Below, piece after piece: positions 44,019 to 57,061 of a stretch of DNA of 64,000 nucleotides. Below the pieces are notes generated by a model, which was given only the letters and a program-made list of their open reading frames with translations, was not told the DNA's origin and did no database searches. Every line of letters starts with the position of its first letter. Positions within the stretch are counted from its first letter, which is position 1. Origin of the DNA: Paramecium tetraurelia (lineage: Eukaryota); assembly GCA_000165425.1 (NCBI GenBank), contig CT868669.1:248001-312000 (forward strand), given 5' to 3'. A program made the translations under genes and the position numbers.

Positions 44019-44819
44019 TCACACTTTCAGTCTAACATTTAGCCCAACAATGGCTCGCTAATAATTCACTTTATCCCTTATAACTAGGTCTCCTTGCTCG
44101 TTCAATCCCTCCAAAATACCAGAATAAACTTTCTGCAAAGTTTTTGAATCTACAAATTCACATAATTAACCTCTTTTGTATAAAATCTTATTCATTCTAA
44201 CCCTTAAATATTCAAAACCAAAGTCATTCAAATCATACAAAGCCTTAATGACTCTTTCCTTCAATAATAAATATAGCTAATTTTGATCAACTTCCTTTCC
44301 TAAGTTTTCTTTAAGTGATGTAGCTCCTTGAGTACACCAATTCACATTAATTCCAATTCCAACAAACAATACATATTTATTGTCGATTTGTTCTGACTCT
44401 ACGAGTATACCAACAGACTTTTAGCAATTAATAAGTATATCATTCATCCACTTCAATTGTGCATTCAAATTGTATAGTTCCTTATAAAGTTTCACAATTG
44501 TGTATCCAACAACTGAAGTTACATTCTTTAATTGCTCTATTCGGGTGAAAAATGGGAAGATTATAGTAGTCAAAATATTCTTTTTAGATTGACATTCCCA
44601 TTTTCTATCAAATTATCCTCTACCTTCAGTTTGATGAAGAGCTCTTATAAAGGTGATTTAATTATAATATTGTCTTTTGTATTCCCTCCTGGCATAAGTT
44701 TAAGTAGAATCCACTGTTTCTAATAAAACATCTTCCGAAAAGGGCCTGTCTATTTCTTATAATTAGCCATAATTGTGACTATTAGTTGAAAAACTCATAT
44801 CAACTTTTGATTTCTGCAT
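44019..44819 (-). CDS. Biotin protein ligase (BPL/BirA-like catalytic domain), 266 aa, intronless
   Basis: ETVDSTQ, ALHQTEGRGQFDRKW, QLKWMNDILI, KSVGILVES, FVGIGINV, C-terminal GILEGLNEQGDLVI. Confidence 0.88.
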
Positions 44820-45502
44820 AGGATTATGTGAATATGAAATATATAAATGTTTAAATACAAAAAACACTTTGAATTGAGGCACGCTTATATTGATTTCAAA
44901 AGGGTAGATTTGAATGTGGTTAAAAATATGAGAGAAAAAAAGTAGGTCAGAGAAATTCTATTCATTATTTATAAATATGAATAATTAACTTTCTTTAACT
45001 TTTGATGTGAAGATGATTGAATATATGAAGTTTTAGAAACAATAAAAGGTGAAATTTAAAAAATTAATTAATTTATTTAAAGTAAGAACAAAATAGTAAT
45101 CATTAAAACTAATCATTTTTAGAGAACTTTTTAAGGATAAATAAATTTCTTTATTAGAATTATTAATCTAATCATATTCCTCCTCTATATATCATATTTT
45201 TCTCTTGTTTCTAAATCATAATTTTGATGTAGTAACATTTGATTGCAATAGTTTATACCCCGGTTTTTCTTTGAGTCAAATACTCTTTTATCGATATTTG
45301 TTTAGATTCCATCTCTTGATTACCTCAAAACAACTTTCAGATAGGTCCTCCTAAGATCTTTGAAAAAAATATAGTTTTTGCTAATCTAGCTAGTCGCAAC
45401 TTCTGTTGGGTGACAGTCTTAACGTAAAGAACACAACTCAAGTAAACATGTATTTACAGTATATTTACATCTTTGTAATTTATTTATTAATCATTAATTT
45501 AA

Positions 45503-47392
45503 TCATTGTTTTAGATTTCTTTCTGCAATCTTTAATTTTGGCAAACTAGTTCTTTCTTCCTCAACTGTCCTATTTAATAAATTGATAGAATTTTTCTTGG
45601 AGGGTTTTGGAATTTTTGAGTCTATTGGCAAGGATGAATTTAGACTATTTCTGAATTATAACTATTCTAACAATTCCAATCTCTCAATCACTCTCTTCCT
45701 CTCACTCATTAGTCTCTTTTCCCTTGATAACATCTAGTCACTGGCTTCCACATATCCCAACTTGGTTTACATTTTATTTCCTCTATCCTTATAACGAACA
45801 GTCACTTCAGTCTTCTGCATACTTGGATTGCTCACTATCAACAGACCATTATTCGAGAGCTTCGTCTATTAATAGGTATTATTTTGTTTATCATTTTCTG
45901 ATCCTGAAAATCCTTCTTCAGATCCGTATTTCATCATATGAGAACTTTCTGAGTTTTCATGAGATTAAGATTACAACTTTTATAACTCCTCCCTCATCTT
46001 CCTATTTTCTTACATCAATTTCTCAACATCATTCACTGATAAATTTGCTTATCTCAATCTCTCATTCTCCTCTTGGATTTTCATTAATTTGAAATGCATA
46101 TCATTACTATTCAATCCTTTTCTCTTCATATTAAGTAACTGTTTCAAATAGTCAATCTATATATTCAATTATATTATCTACCTCTTTCAACAATTTATTA
46201 ACCAATTCTTGATCTGTTGCATTAATCGAATTTGCTTATACTATTTGAGTAATATTTCGAGCTCGTTAAGCAAACTTTAATGAATTTGCAGTCTCATCTA
46301 TATTGTAGATATTTGGAGCAACATTAACAAATATATTAGTTAATGTATTCCCACCAAGACTATCTTACAATAATCTTGTGATCTTTGATTCTCTGTATGG
46401 GATTGGCAATTTGTTAATGTTTTTATTGTTTTGAGATAAATTTTGAATTACTTTTCCTAAAGTAGTGAGAGATTAATTGATGCTCTTTAATTCATTTAAG
46501 TGAGCACTGGTCATTGAATCTTATTTATTGATCTTCTCTGACCCAGCTAAATCACATAAATTGATTTTGGATCTCAATAACTACCCTCCTGAATCAGCCT
46601 TGCTAGTCTCAATCAATAATTGAAATATAGTGTGACTTCTACTTGACTTTAAATTCATTGTTGTTTGTCTGATCATCCTGTTCTTCTCTCCTCTTTTCAT
46701 TAATGCTAAGCAATCATATAAGTTATTCACTGCATATTCAGTCAATTATTCTAAAATCTTGGATGATATTTACCAACATAAATTCCCTCTGTTTTTGATT
46801 CATGAATCTATAAAGCTTGAGGTACCTTGTGATCTTGCAATAAATCATAAATCTTTTCGTTGTATATTTACAAAAATGAGCAATAAACATAATACCCGTA
46901 TTATAAATTATTAAAAAGAGTATAAATAGTTCTGGGTATCATACCTGCATGATTCTAATCTGTTTATAAATCATCAATGAATGTCGATTAATGGCCCAAA
47001 CTAATATTAAGTGAATACTCCCAGTCACTCCCAAACATTGTATGTGTTTTACCTGCTTAAGAACTACAAAAATACCACTGCCTGTTTGACCATATGCCAT
47101 AATAGTTGTATTGTATCCTTACAATGCTTTATGAATGGTTGGAGATATGAATTTGAATATATCTGCCTATGACACTCTCTCATCAAACACTTAATCATAT
47201 TCCTACTTTAATATATGTGTAGATTGTTCAATCACTACATATTTTTGCTAATTTTTAGGAACAAATTACTACTTGGTCAGTCTTTATTATACATTCTTAT
47301 CCTAACTCTTTTTTCAATAAAGGTCTAACTCTTACATAAACCTTTATTGATTGTTGTTACAGGGATGATTTATTTAATTTTGATTGTTACAT
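45503..47392 (-). CDS. Kinesin motor protein (N-terminal motor, coiled-coil tail)
   Basis: IKVYVRVRP, GYNTTIMAYGQTGSGKTYTM, SSRSHTIFQL, LCDLAGSEK, INQSLTTLGKVI, IPYRESKITRLLQDSLGGN. Confidence 0.93.
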
Positions 47393-47429
47393 TTTAATAA
47401 AGTAAAATAATATAAAAATTATCATCTCA

Positions 47430-48929
47430 TTCTTTAAGGAGAAGTTACTTAACTAATTATTATTCTAGATTTTCTTTATTAAGGCGATTGAACCTGAGAC
47501 AACAGACTGTCTATGAACTCTTCATGTTACTCACTTTAGCCTTAAATTTCTGTATTTTGGTAAAGCATATGATAAACCAGATTTTAGATATCATTAACTT
47601 TATTTGACTTTTTTTGGAAGAATACTGTTATTTGTTTGCAATCATAAGTCTAGTTTTAAAATGGATATTTTATCAGAATTCTTAGTTCATAAACTGACAT
47701 TCCTCATTTTTATTTGGAGGATACTGATGAGATTATTTTTGAATTGTAAGAATTTAGTTTCTTTCAAATTGTACTTCTGTGAATAACTTTGAATTGTAAT
47801 TTAAATAAAAACCTTAGGAGTAATGACAATAATCATCTTAACCTTAAAAGAACTCATTTTTCAATAAGCCATCATCAATATCTCCTCTCTTAAATATGAT
47901 TTTTCATCTCGCATTAGGGGATCATTTTTGAGACCATCCCATTTCTACTCCGCCATTTTTATAATTATTCACTCCAAAACCAGTTAGAGATCAATTTACA
48001 AACCATAAACAATTCTATCATTATATTTATGTCAATTAAGTTTTCAAAGTGATTTAAATATTTTCTATCAATTAAGGTTCTTCATTCAAACACATTCTTA
48101 TCCCATCCTTATACTATCAACTATTTTAATATTCTTTTCAATAAACTTTATATTCTATGTTAACAATCAAGGCTAAAATTAATCACATTAGGTGAAATTA
48201 GATCACCTCTTTTCCTCGTCTACAAATCTTTATACCAATCCTATATTGTTTACCTTCTTTAAAATGGCCTTGATAGAGTTACCCGTTTTAATATGAAAGA
48301 TATAAGTACTCTCCATATATTCTAATAATAAAAGTTTGCACAGGGCGATTTCAATACTTAAGTTTGACATACTTTATTTATATTTAGTGTATTGAAAACC
48401 TATGGAGAACCATTTGAATTTTATCTTACTATTCTCCTTAATAAATGACTCAATCAGGTTTCTAACAAATCCGCTTCCTAACAATTTTTCTATCGCGTAA
48501 TTTTTTCAATCTATTAAAATCCCTACCTTCAATACTTATGTAAATTGATTCATTTTCTAATCCACCAAAGCAACTTTCTGTTGATTTGATTACTTAATTA
48601 TTAGCAACTTTTTAACTCTTTATTATAGGTCAAAGATCTTTTCGAACTTGATATCTATTCCAATAAGATAATATTTTGCCTATGCTTTATGTTCTTCTGT
48701 TCATGTTAAACCATTATAAATACACTTTTTATGATCATAATTGATTATAAATTTCTGATGCTTTCAATCAACACAATATTCTTTTAATCATTTTAGTTGA
48801 GCTACTCTTACTCGAAGATTCGATTGGTTTATTTAATTAAATTTATATCTGATTAGTTTTCTAAATATGAGACCTATCATTTAATCTCTTTTCAAAACAC
48901 TACATTAACCTTCATAATTATTTCCCATA
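47430..48929 (-). pseudogene. Decayed gene(s), including a MORN-repeat remnant
   Basis: MGNN start at ~48929 hits TGA early; scattered MORN-like fragments (YQGE, YQGHFKEGKQ) with frameshifts and stops. Confidence 0.5.
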
Positions 48930-49010
48930 TTTATTTAATTATTAAAACTATATATATTGTTTTTCGCAATGTTGAGATCAAAACTAAATATAACTAAATG
49001 AATATTGAAA

Positions 49011-49020
49011 GAACCCATAA
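49011..49020 (+). promoter_or_regulatory. Putative ciliate small-RNA upstream sequence element (GAACCCATAA)
   Basis: ACCCATA core lies ~55-60 nt upstream of the candidate box C/D RNA, matching the motif and spacing I recall for ciliate snRNA/telomerase RNA promoters. Confidence 0.55.
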
Positions 49021-49070
49021 TTAAAAATATTTATTTTTTCTTACCAATATACAAAACTCATTCACTCTTT

Positions 49071-49178
49071 TGTATGATGAAAACATTCGTTATCGGCCTT
49101 AGAGCATGCTGTTGTTACTCACATACGAACCCGTGAGTAAGCCTGTATGTTCGGTGATTACAATAACCAATCTGATAT
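49071..49178 (+). ncRNA. Candidate box C/D snoRNA (independently transcribed)
   Basis: Box C ATGATGA 49074-49080; C'-like GTGATTA 49154-49160; box D CTGA 49172-49175; internal hairpin; TTCGTTATCGG antisense to the conserved SSU rRNA segment CCGATAACGAA; GC-richer island in AT-rich intergenic DNA. Confidence 0.7.
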
Positions 49179-50553
49179 TTATATTTAAAAGTCCACAAGG
49201 ATTGTTTTTTATAAAGTTCTTATGCAATAGTAACTTATGTAGTTATTAATATTATATAAATTTTCAATAATTAATTCACTTTGTCAGAAAATCAAATAAT
49301 CTTTCTTTCAGAAAATGTTAAAAAGGTAGAATTTTCTCAATTACATGAATCCTATTCGTTTTATTAGAATCTATTATAAATATTATAAAACTTTCTAATT
49401 TCTACATTCTTTCTTTCAATATTTATATAGGAAAATAATTTAAAATATATATGAATCCACAATATATTTTTTATAATTGAAATCATAATATAATTCAGAA
49501 AAATTATTCTCCTTATTTTTTTATTCTTTTGCAAGAAAAAAATAAAACTCTAAAATTTGATATTCATTGTGGATCTCAACTGTTTTTACAAATTTATTTG
49601 ATGATTCTAATATATAAACAGAACTGTATTGAATAATTATAGATTGCAGATAGGATTGCATTTAATTAAGAATTCTTTTTCATTAACGAATGCATGAAGG
49701 GCATTTTAATAGAGGGGTCAAAGATCTTTAAGAGAATTTGTTTTCTATAAAGCAATCACAGATTTCAATAGAGATATTAATTTGAATTTATCTAAAAATA
49801 AGAAATTATTGCTATAACTTATAATTGATTATAAAGAATAACCTCATCTTTATAAAATATATATGAATCATGAATGAAAATTTTGAATTATTAGTCTGCT
49901 TCTTTAATTTAAAATTAGTGGTTTATTCCATTCAAAAATTCACATTATTTATCAAATTTAATATTTTTAATTAGCTTATATAATTTATAATATAATTTTA
50001 AATTAAAAATAAATTCAGATTTAATTAGAGACTAAAACTTCTTTAATGCTGGTACTCTATTGCAATTTAACACAAAATGCTTAATAATAAAAGAATAGAG
50101 ATTTTAAATAGAAAAAAAAATGTATTAATTAACTTTAGCAAAACAACAATGAATTCAGATTAGATATTGCTATTTTACTTTTTGAAACTTATCCTTATAA
50201 TAAGTTAATTATAATCCATTAAATTACGAAAATGGTATTCTTTGAATTCATAGATAAGAAAATACTTTGGCAAGAGATTTATAAGAATCTGTTTAATCAT
50301 AGTATGATTTATTTTTAGAGCTTAGTCAATAAATAATGGGAAACATATTATTATTGACTATTCATGGATGCTTGTGCTCAATTGAATCAGTAATTTCATA
50401 ATTTATTTGAAAATTATAAGATAATAAGTAAATCAATATCGAATTCTGCTGTTGTGATAAATTTTATTGATGTAAAAGGAGGTTAGATTTGATGCGATAA
50501 GATCATCAATTAAAAAAAGAAAACAAAAGACATTAATGAATTGAGTCCTTACA

Positions 50554-50926
50554 ATGTCTGAAAATATTCAAGTATCATAAATAAATTAAGAAGCATAACT
50601 AAAGAATTCATCATATTATGACTATAATGAGGATGTATACGGAAATAATAAGAAGTTTTGATTTTTATTTGTTGTCTTTATAAATAAAATTATTATTATA
50701 TTTATCTAATAGGTGTTATACAAAAAAAGATTAGTATTGTATGATAGAATACTTTATGGCTGGAATCTTAGTTTGTTTTAGTACAATCTTTATAATATTG
50801 AGATGTTTTTAGAGAGCTCCTCTCTAAAGAATCCAATACATAAATTATACTCCTAGTGGTATTAGAGAAATAATTAAAGAGAAAAAAACTAGAAGTAGAG
50901 AAAAAGTATATGCAATTGATAACTGA
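50554..50926 (+). CDS. Small single-TM protein (104 aa)
   Basis: MSENIQVSQ..YCMIEYFMAGILVCFSTIFIILRCF..; requires a 58-nt intron (50655-50712) to give 105 codons. Confidence 0.55.
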
Positions 50927-50949
50927 ACTATAATATATAAATTATTGAT

Positions 50950-51918
50950 ATGAAAAAGTTTAAACAATAAAAGAGTAATTAGGATAAACAATAGGATAAG
51001 TTCTGTATTAATGCTGCAGCACTGTAAGATCATTTAAGCAGATAACTATTCAAACTGCCTAAGATAAATTCAAAATAGTTATCACTAGCCTAAAAACTAG
51101 GATTAGTACCATCACCTCCAAAACCTCTAAATTAAGAAGAATGGGCTTAGGTTGAGGAACAGTCATTAAAAAGGGAAGATATATAAAATTGTGTATGTCC
51201 TATTTGCTTAGAGAAATTCAGAATGCAATAACATGTGATTTTGAGTTGTAGTCACATATATCATAAAACCTGTTTAGAAAGTTTTGAGAGGGTCTCGTAA
51301 ACAAAACAATGTCCTATTTGTAGAAGATAGGACTATGAGAAGAAGCAATTTATGGTGGCTAACAAATAATATAAGATCAAATCAATAATTAAAATATAGG
51401 CATTATTTCGATAATTTAGATGTAGAAAGCAGTTTTATGAGAGGATGATAAGAATGTAATACAGACCAGAAAACAACTTATTGAGGAGGAAATTGCTTTT
51501 TTACAAATTATCAAGGATTTCTTCAAGAATGTCAAAGACTATTTAATAATAGGGTAATTAAGCACAATAAGCAATAAATCAATTGGGTGAAAATATTCAA
51601 ATAAAGTAAGAACAGATGGAGAACAATTTAAATCAGATATAGCAAATGAAACATAATAACGAGTAGATGGCTAAATTGTAACCAATTATAAAAGTGGATT
51701 GGATTAGCATAAAGAAAGTGGCTCTAGAAAGGAAGGAAGTTGATTGCACAATATGTTTACAGAGTATGGTAAATACGAAGGTGTTTTTACTGAGTTGTTC
51801 GCACATGTTTCATGCTAATTGTTTGAATTCTTTTGAAAGATATTCAATGGCTTAGATTAACAATTGTCCAATATGTAGATAGACTTACCAAAAATCTCAC
51901 TTTTAGTTATAATAATGA
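50950..51918 (+). CDS. RNF32: RNF32-like double RING-H2/IQ protein
   Basis: NAAALQDHL, LSLAQKLGLVPSPPKPL..EW..V, RING CPICLEKF..ILSCSHIYHKTCLESFE..CPICRR, IQ-like KIQALFR, second RING CTICL..LLSCSHMFHANCLNSFE..CPICR. Confidence 0.85.
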
Positions 51919-52026
51919 TTGGTTAAAATTTAAAAATGATAGTTCTCTGCATTTATTAATATAGGATTGCAAATTTTAAATTTAGTATTGATTATTAATA
52001 TAATTTTAATTATAAGTAATAATTAT

Positions 52027-53369
<1,343 letters not shown>

Positions 53370-53379
53370 TAAACATTGT

Positions 53380-53912
53380 TAATCTTTCATGAAACCTCTT
53401 TTAAATTGAAGCTACCTTCTCTACCCTCTTCTTCCTTTTTCTTCCAATTAATACGATATTAAGAATTACCTATTCATTATAAAATTCTTTTTTTATTCAT
53501 AAGAGTACTATTTGATTAAATATAATATTGTTTCCCACTTAAACTACCATTATTTATACTCTAATTAGGTTTGTCATTTATAAATGCACCTGTCTTTTCA
53601 AAATTCATTCAAAGAATCCCCATTATTACTTTTTATTTGTAGTACTTGTTAAATTGATATTGGAATTGTTGATATATGTACCAATTTATTCTTCCACTCA
53701 GGCAAAGTTTTTAGGCTTTTGGAGTTTCAGAATTTGTGAGCAATAAAATTATTGATCAATGGATGTGATATATGGAAACTTTTCCTCTTTGCATATTTTC
53801 AAACAGATTTTTAGAGCAATCAAGAAATTTTATTGAGTTTAAGTGAAACTGTATTGTGTTACTAAGTATTCTTTTTCTGTAGTTGTAAAAATAAGTAGCT
53901 GGGTGCTGCCAT
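53380..53912 (-). pseudogene. Probable pseudogene fragment
   Basis: ATG at 53912 (MAAPSY) frame stops after ~30 codons; an adjacent protein-like frame also carries in-frame TGAs. Confidence 0.35.
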
Positions 53913-54246
53913 TAAATAATAAATATCATCTATCATATATTTTTAAGATAATCATGAGGAGAAATTCTTAAAATTATTTAAAAGATCACAAGATCTTAAT
54001 TGGGCAAATATAGATTTATTTTTCATGCTTCTCCAAACAAGAGGGTTTCTAATATTACATTTAAAACATTAAAAAATTTGATATTGTTTCGGCTTTAAAT
54101 TCAAATATAAGTTAGCATAAACAAGGAATATTATATAATTGAAACATCTAAGTGCTTCCATAAGAATAAATTCATTTATGGTGTAATTAAATATGTATTC
54201 AGTTAATATACTACACAAAATAAGACAAATCATAAGAAAAGATTGT

Positions 54247-54447
54247 TCATTCTAGTTGATCAAAGAAGCTTTCGAGATCATCTTCTTGATTGTCTATGAA
54301 ATTCTTGATCATTGGATTTTAAGGTCTTTCGATATCTGTGAAATGAGATTCGTAAGATTGATTTGATGAAACACTCGAGGTATCTGCTCTTGAATGTTGC
54401 AATATGCGAACTAAAGGTTTAGGATAAGTAATTGTATGAGTATTCAT
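54247..54447 (-). CDS. 66-aa microprotein
   Basis: MNTHTITYPKPLVRILQHSRADTSSVSSNQSYESHFTDIERPQNPMIKNFIDNQEDDLESFFDQLE*; clean ATG-TGA frame, GC above flanks, C-ending codon bias. Confidence 0.7.
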
Positions 54448-55300
54448 TTGTATACTAAAATCTTAAAAAAAATATTAAAAATACTTTTTTCAACACCAGG
54501 TATTTATAATCAAATTTTAATGAAAAAACTTATAATGAGGAAATCTGACTGATGAATTTAACAGAAACCTCAAAGAACCTTTTAAGCATATTATTTCTTA
54601 ACCCATAAGCCTTATGAATATGAATTAATTCAATTCATTCATGAATTACTTTAAATAAAACTCAAATCTTGTTTTTATTTTAAATTTCCATTTTTAACTC
54701 CATAGATCCATTCAAATTTATAAACTCTATTGGCAATACGCTATTTTGTATAAAGTAAGCTAAAACCTAAAGTTTAAGAACTTAATTGAATCGAAAAAGA
54801 TGAAAATGTTTAAAATGTTTATAAAGTTATAAAATTCTTAATTGATAATTTATATTAATAATAATACTGGTCCTACTAGTCATTAGATTGATTAAAAATA
54901 AATGGAGTGATTAGTTAAAGAATTAATGAGATCGCTATAGAACCATTTTAATAAAAATAATTAATTTGAGAAATTCATATTAATTATTACTATGTAGAAT
55001 TTTTGAATTATATAAAATATCTAAAGTTTTTAAAATCTTCAGGGTAAGCATTAGGTAATTTGTAATAATATTATTCATATGTGCTATGATTATGATATTA
55101 ATTTTGAGTATAACTTTAAGTAGATGTTGTTTCTATTTTTCCATTTTCTCTAAGATCTAGTTATTTATTGTGAGTAGATGAAAATTGATGTGGAAATGAA
55201 TATTTATGATGACAGTTTATTGCTTGCATTGTGAAGTAATCGTAATGATGAGAATAATGTTATATTAAGAAATTTAGAAAAACGTAATTATTTAATACTT

Positions 55301-56779
55301 ATGAGTTCTAAAATCAAGAACCTCTATTTAACATTGCGTCTGCGTTTAGAAGAACTCAGAGTAGTGACGATAAAGACTTGCTAGATTGGAATCAATATTT
55401 TACTGTTTGCATCTCTGCGAGGTGATCAAAAAGCAAAAAATCAAAATTCACTCCAACAATATGGTCTTACTTCTCAAAAATAATTACAATAAGCTTAACA
55501 AATCTCATCTTCGCTTTATAATCACAACTTTGGCAGTTTTTACCCTGAAGTAAGTAAGTTTGAACTAATTTTAGTTTATAAGAGCCTCAATTACTTTATA
55601 TTTGGTTGGCTTGGTGATTAATTTACTTCATACTGAAATCTTGAATGTAATTAACAAAAAGTTCGTGTTGCAAAAATGTGTTGGAACTATAGTCATAGTG
55701 TTCCTCCATATCTTGGACTTAATGATCATTAATGATTACCTAATATTAAATTCGGAATACAGTAATCTAACTTAAGCTGTATCAGATATCTATGTAGATT
55801 CAGTCAGAAAACAGAAGGATATGATTTAATTGTTTGAAGCAGTGATCAGATAATTGGTTAACATTAATAGGTAATTCAGTTTTTATAATCATTCAGATTT
55901 CTTTCAGTATTTTTCTAGGCATCAGCCCTTTGGGGAGAAGGAATAAGAAAATTGATAAAGAATAAGAAAAAGACTTGGGGAACAACTGATTCTCAACTAT
56001 CATCTCCTTAGCCCCAAGAGAAGACTTAATTAAATCAAGTGCCACCAGTTAACGGGATGAATAATAAAATGAAAGGTTAAAAAAAGGAAGTAGTTTAGCA
56101 TTCTGGAAAGAAAAAGAAATCCCAACCACAATAATAAATAGAAAAATCTACTGAAGAAAGAGGATAATCAATTGAAAAGAAGAAGAAGAAACTTCTGGAT
56201 AAAAAGCCATAAAAAATGTCACCAAAAGAATATGAATAACAAATTGAAACTAAAATAGATGAATCATAATAATTAATACTGTCTAAGCAGGTTTCATTAA
56301 TGCAGAAAGATGAATAGAACACTTCAACTTAGGCAGGTTCAAATGGAACCAAATCCTTGTTTGATCATAAAATCAAATCCAATAGAAGTGAATCATTTCC
56401 AACCAAATTGAACTAATATATTGAAATACCATAGAAATATTAGAGATATTCCTCTTAAAGTTAAAAGAAACAAATAGACCAAAAAAAGTAAATAAGACCA
56501 TTATATGATAAACTTTATAAATTCAATTTACAAACTAATGTCGACAAATATGAAATCAAGGTACATAGTATAATTGAAATGAATAATTCAATCAATAGAA
56601 TTGCATAAGAAAATTCTTGGAATTCATTCTTAACAATTAATGTAAAGTTAAATTATTGGAAAGAAGCTTATCAATAAATGTAAACTTAAGAAATTAAGGA
56701 GGAATTATAAAAAGTAATAGCGTAATATGCATTATATTTAATGAATTAGCATGCTTAAAATTAAGAAATAGTGGAATGA
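55301..56779 (+). CDS. Hypothetical membrane protein with K/Q-rich C-terminal region
   Basis: MSSKIKNLYL..; hydrophobic segments at ~55380-55750; several tiny introns; ends HAQNQEIVE*. Confidence 0.65.
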
Positions 56780-57061
56780 GAATTATTATTTATATGTGAT
56801 AATGTCATTAAGTTTATTTCAATTAATCATCATTTGAATCATTTATTATCTATTCCTTAATTGCCTAAGTAAGAATTTTATAATCATTGTTACATAATTA
56901 AATCTATTTAAAATGTTCTATATTTTATCAGTCTAATAGGAAATTATTATGAGTTTTTAATGTATTTACAATCCAGTACAGCTTATTGATAAAGTCCTAT
57001 TTAAGAATATACAGCTGATGATATTTATATAAATATTTATAAATTTATTAAATATCTAATT

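Noticed and set aside
49102..49153. Telomerase-RNA or U14 interpretation of the small RNA
   Set aside because: No CAACCCC-type template; only ACATTCG resembles U14 domain A and the U14 domain B is absent
54598..54609. Second AACCCATAA motif
   Set aside because: No C/D boxes, Sm site or structured GC-richer unit follows at the expected distance
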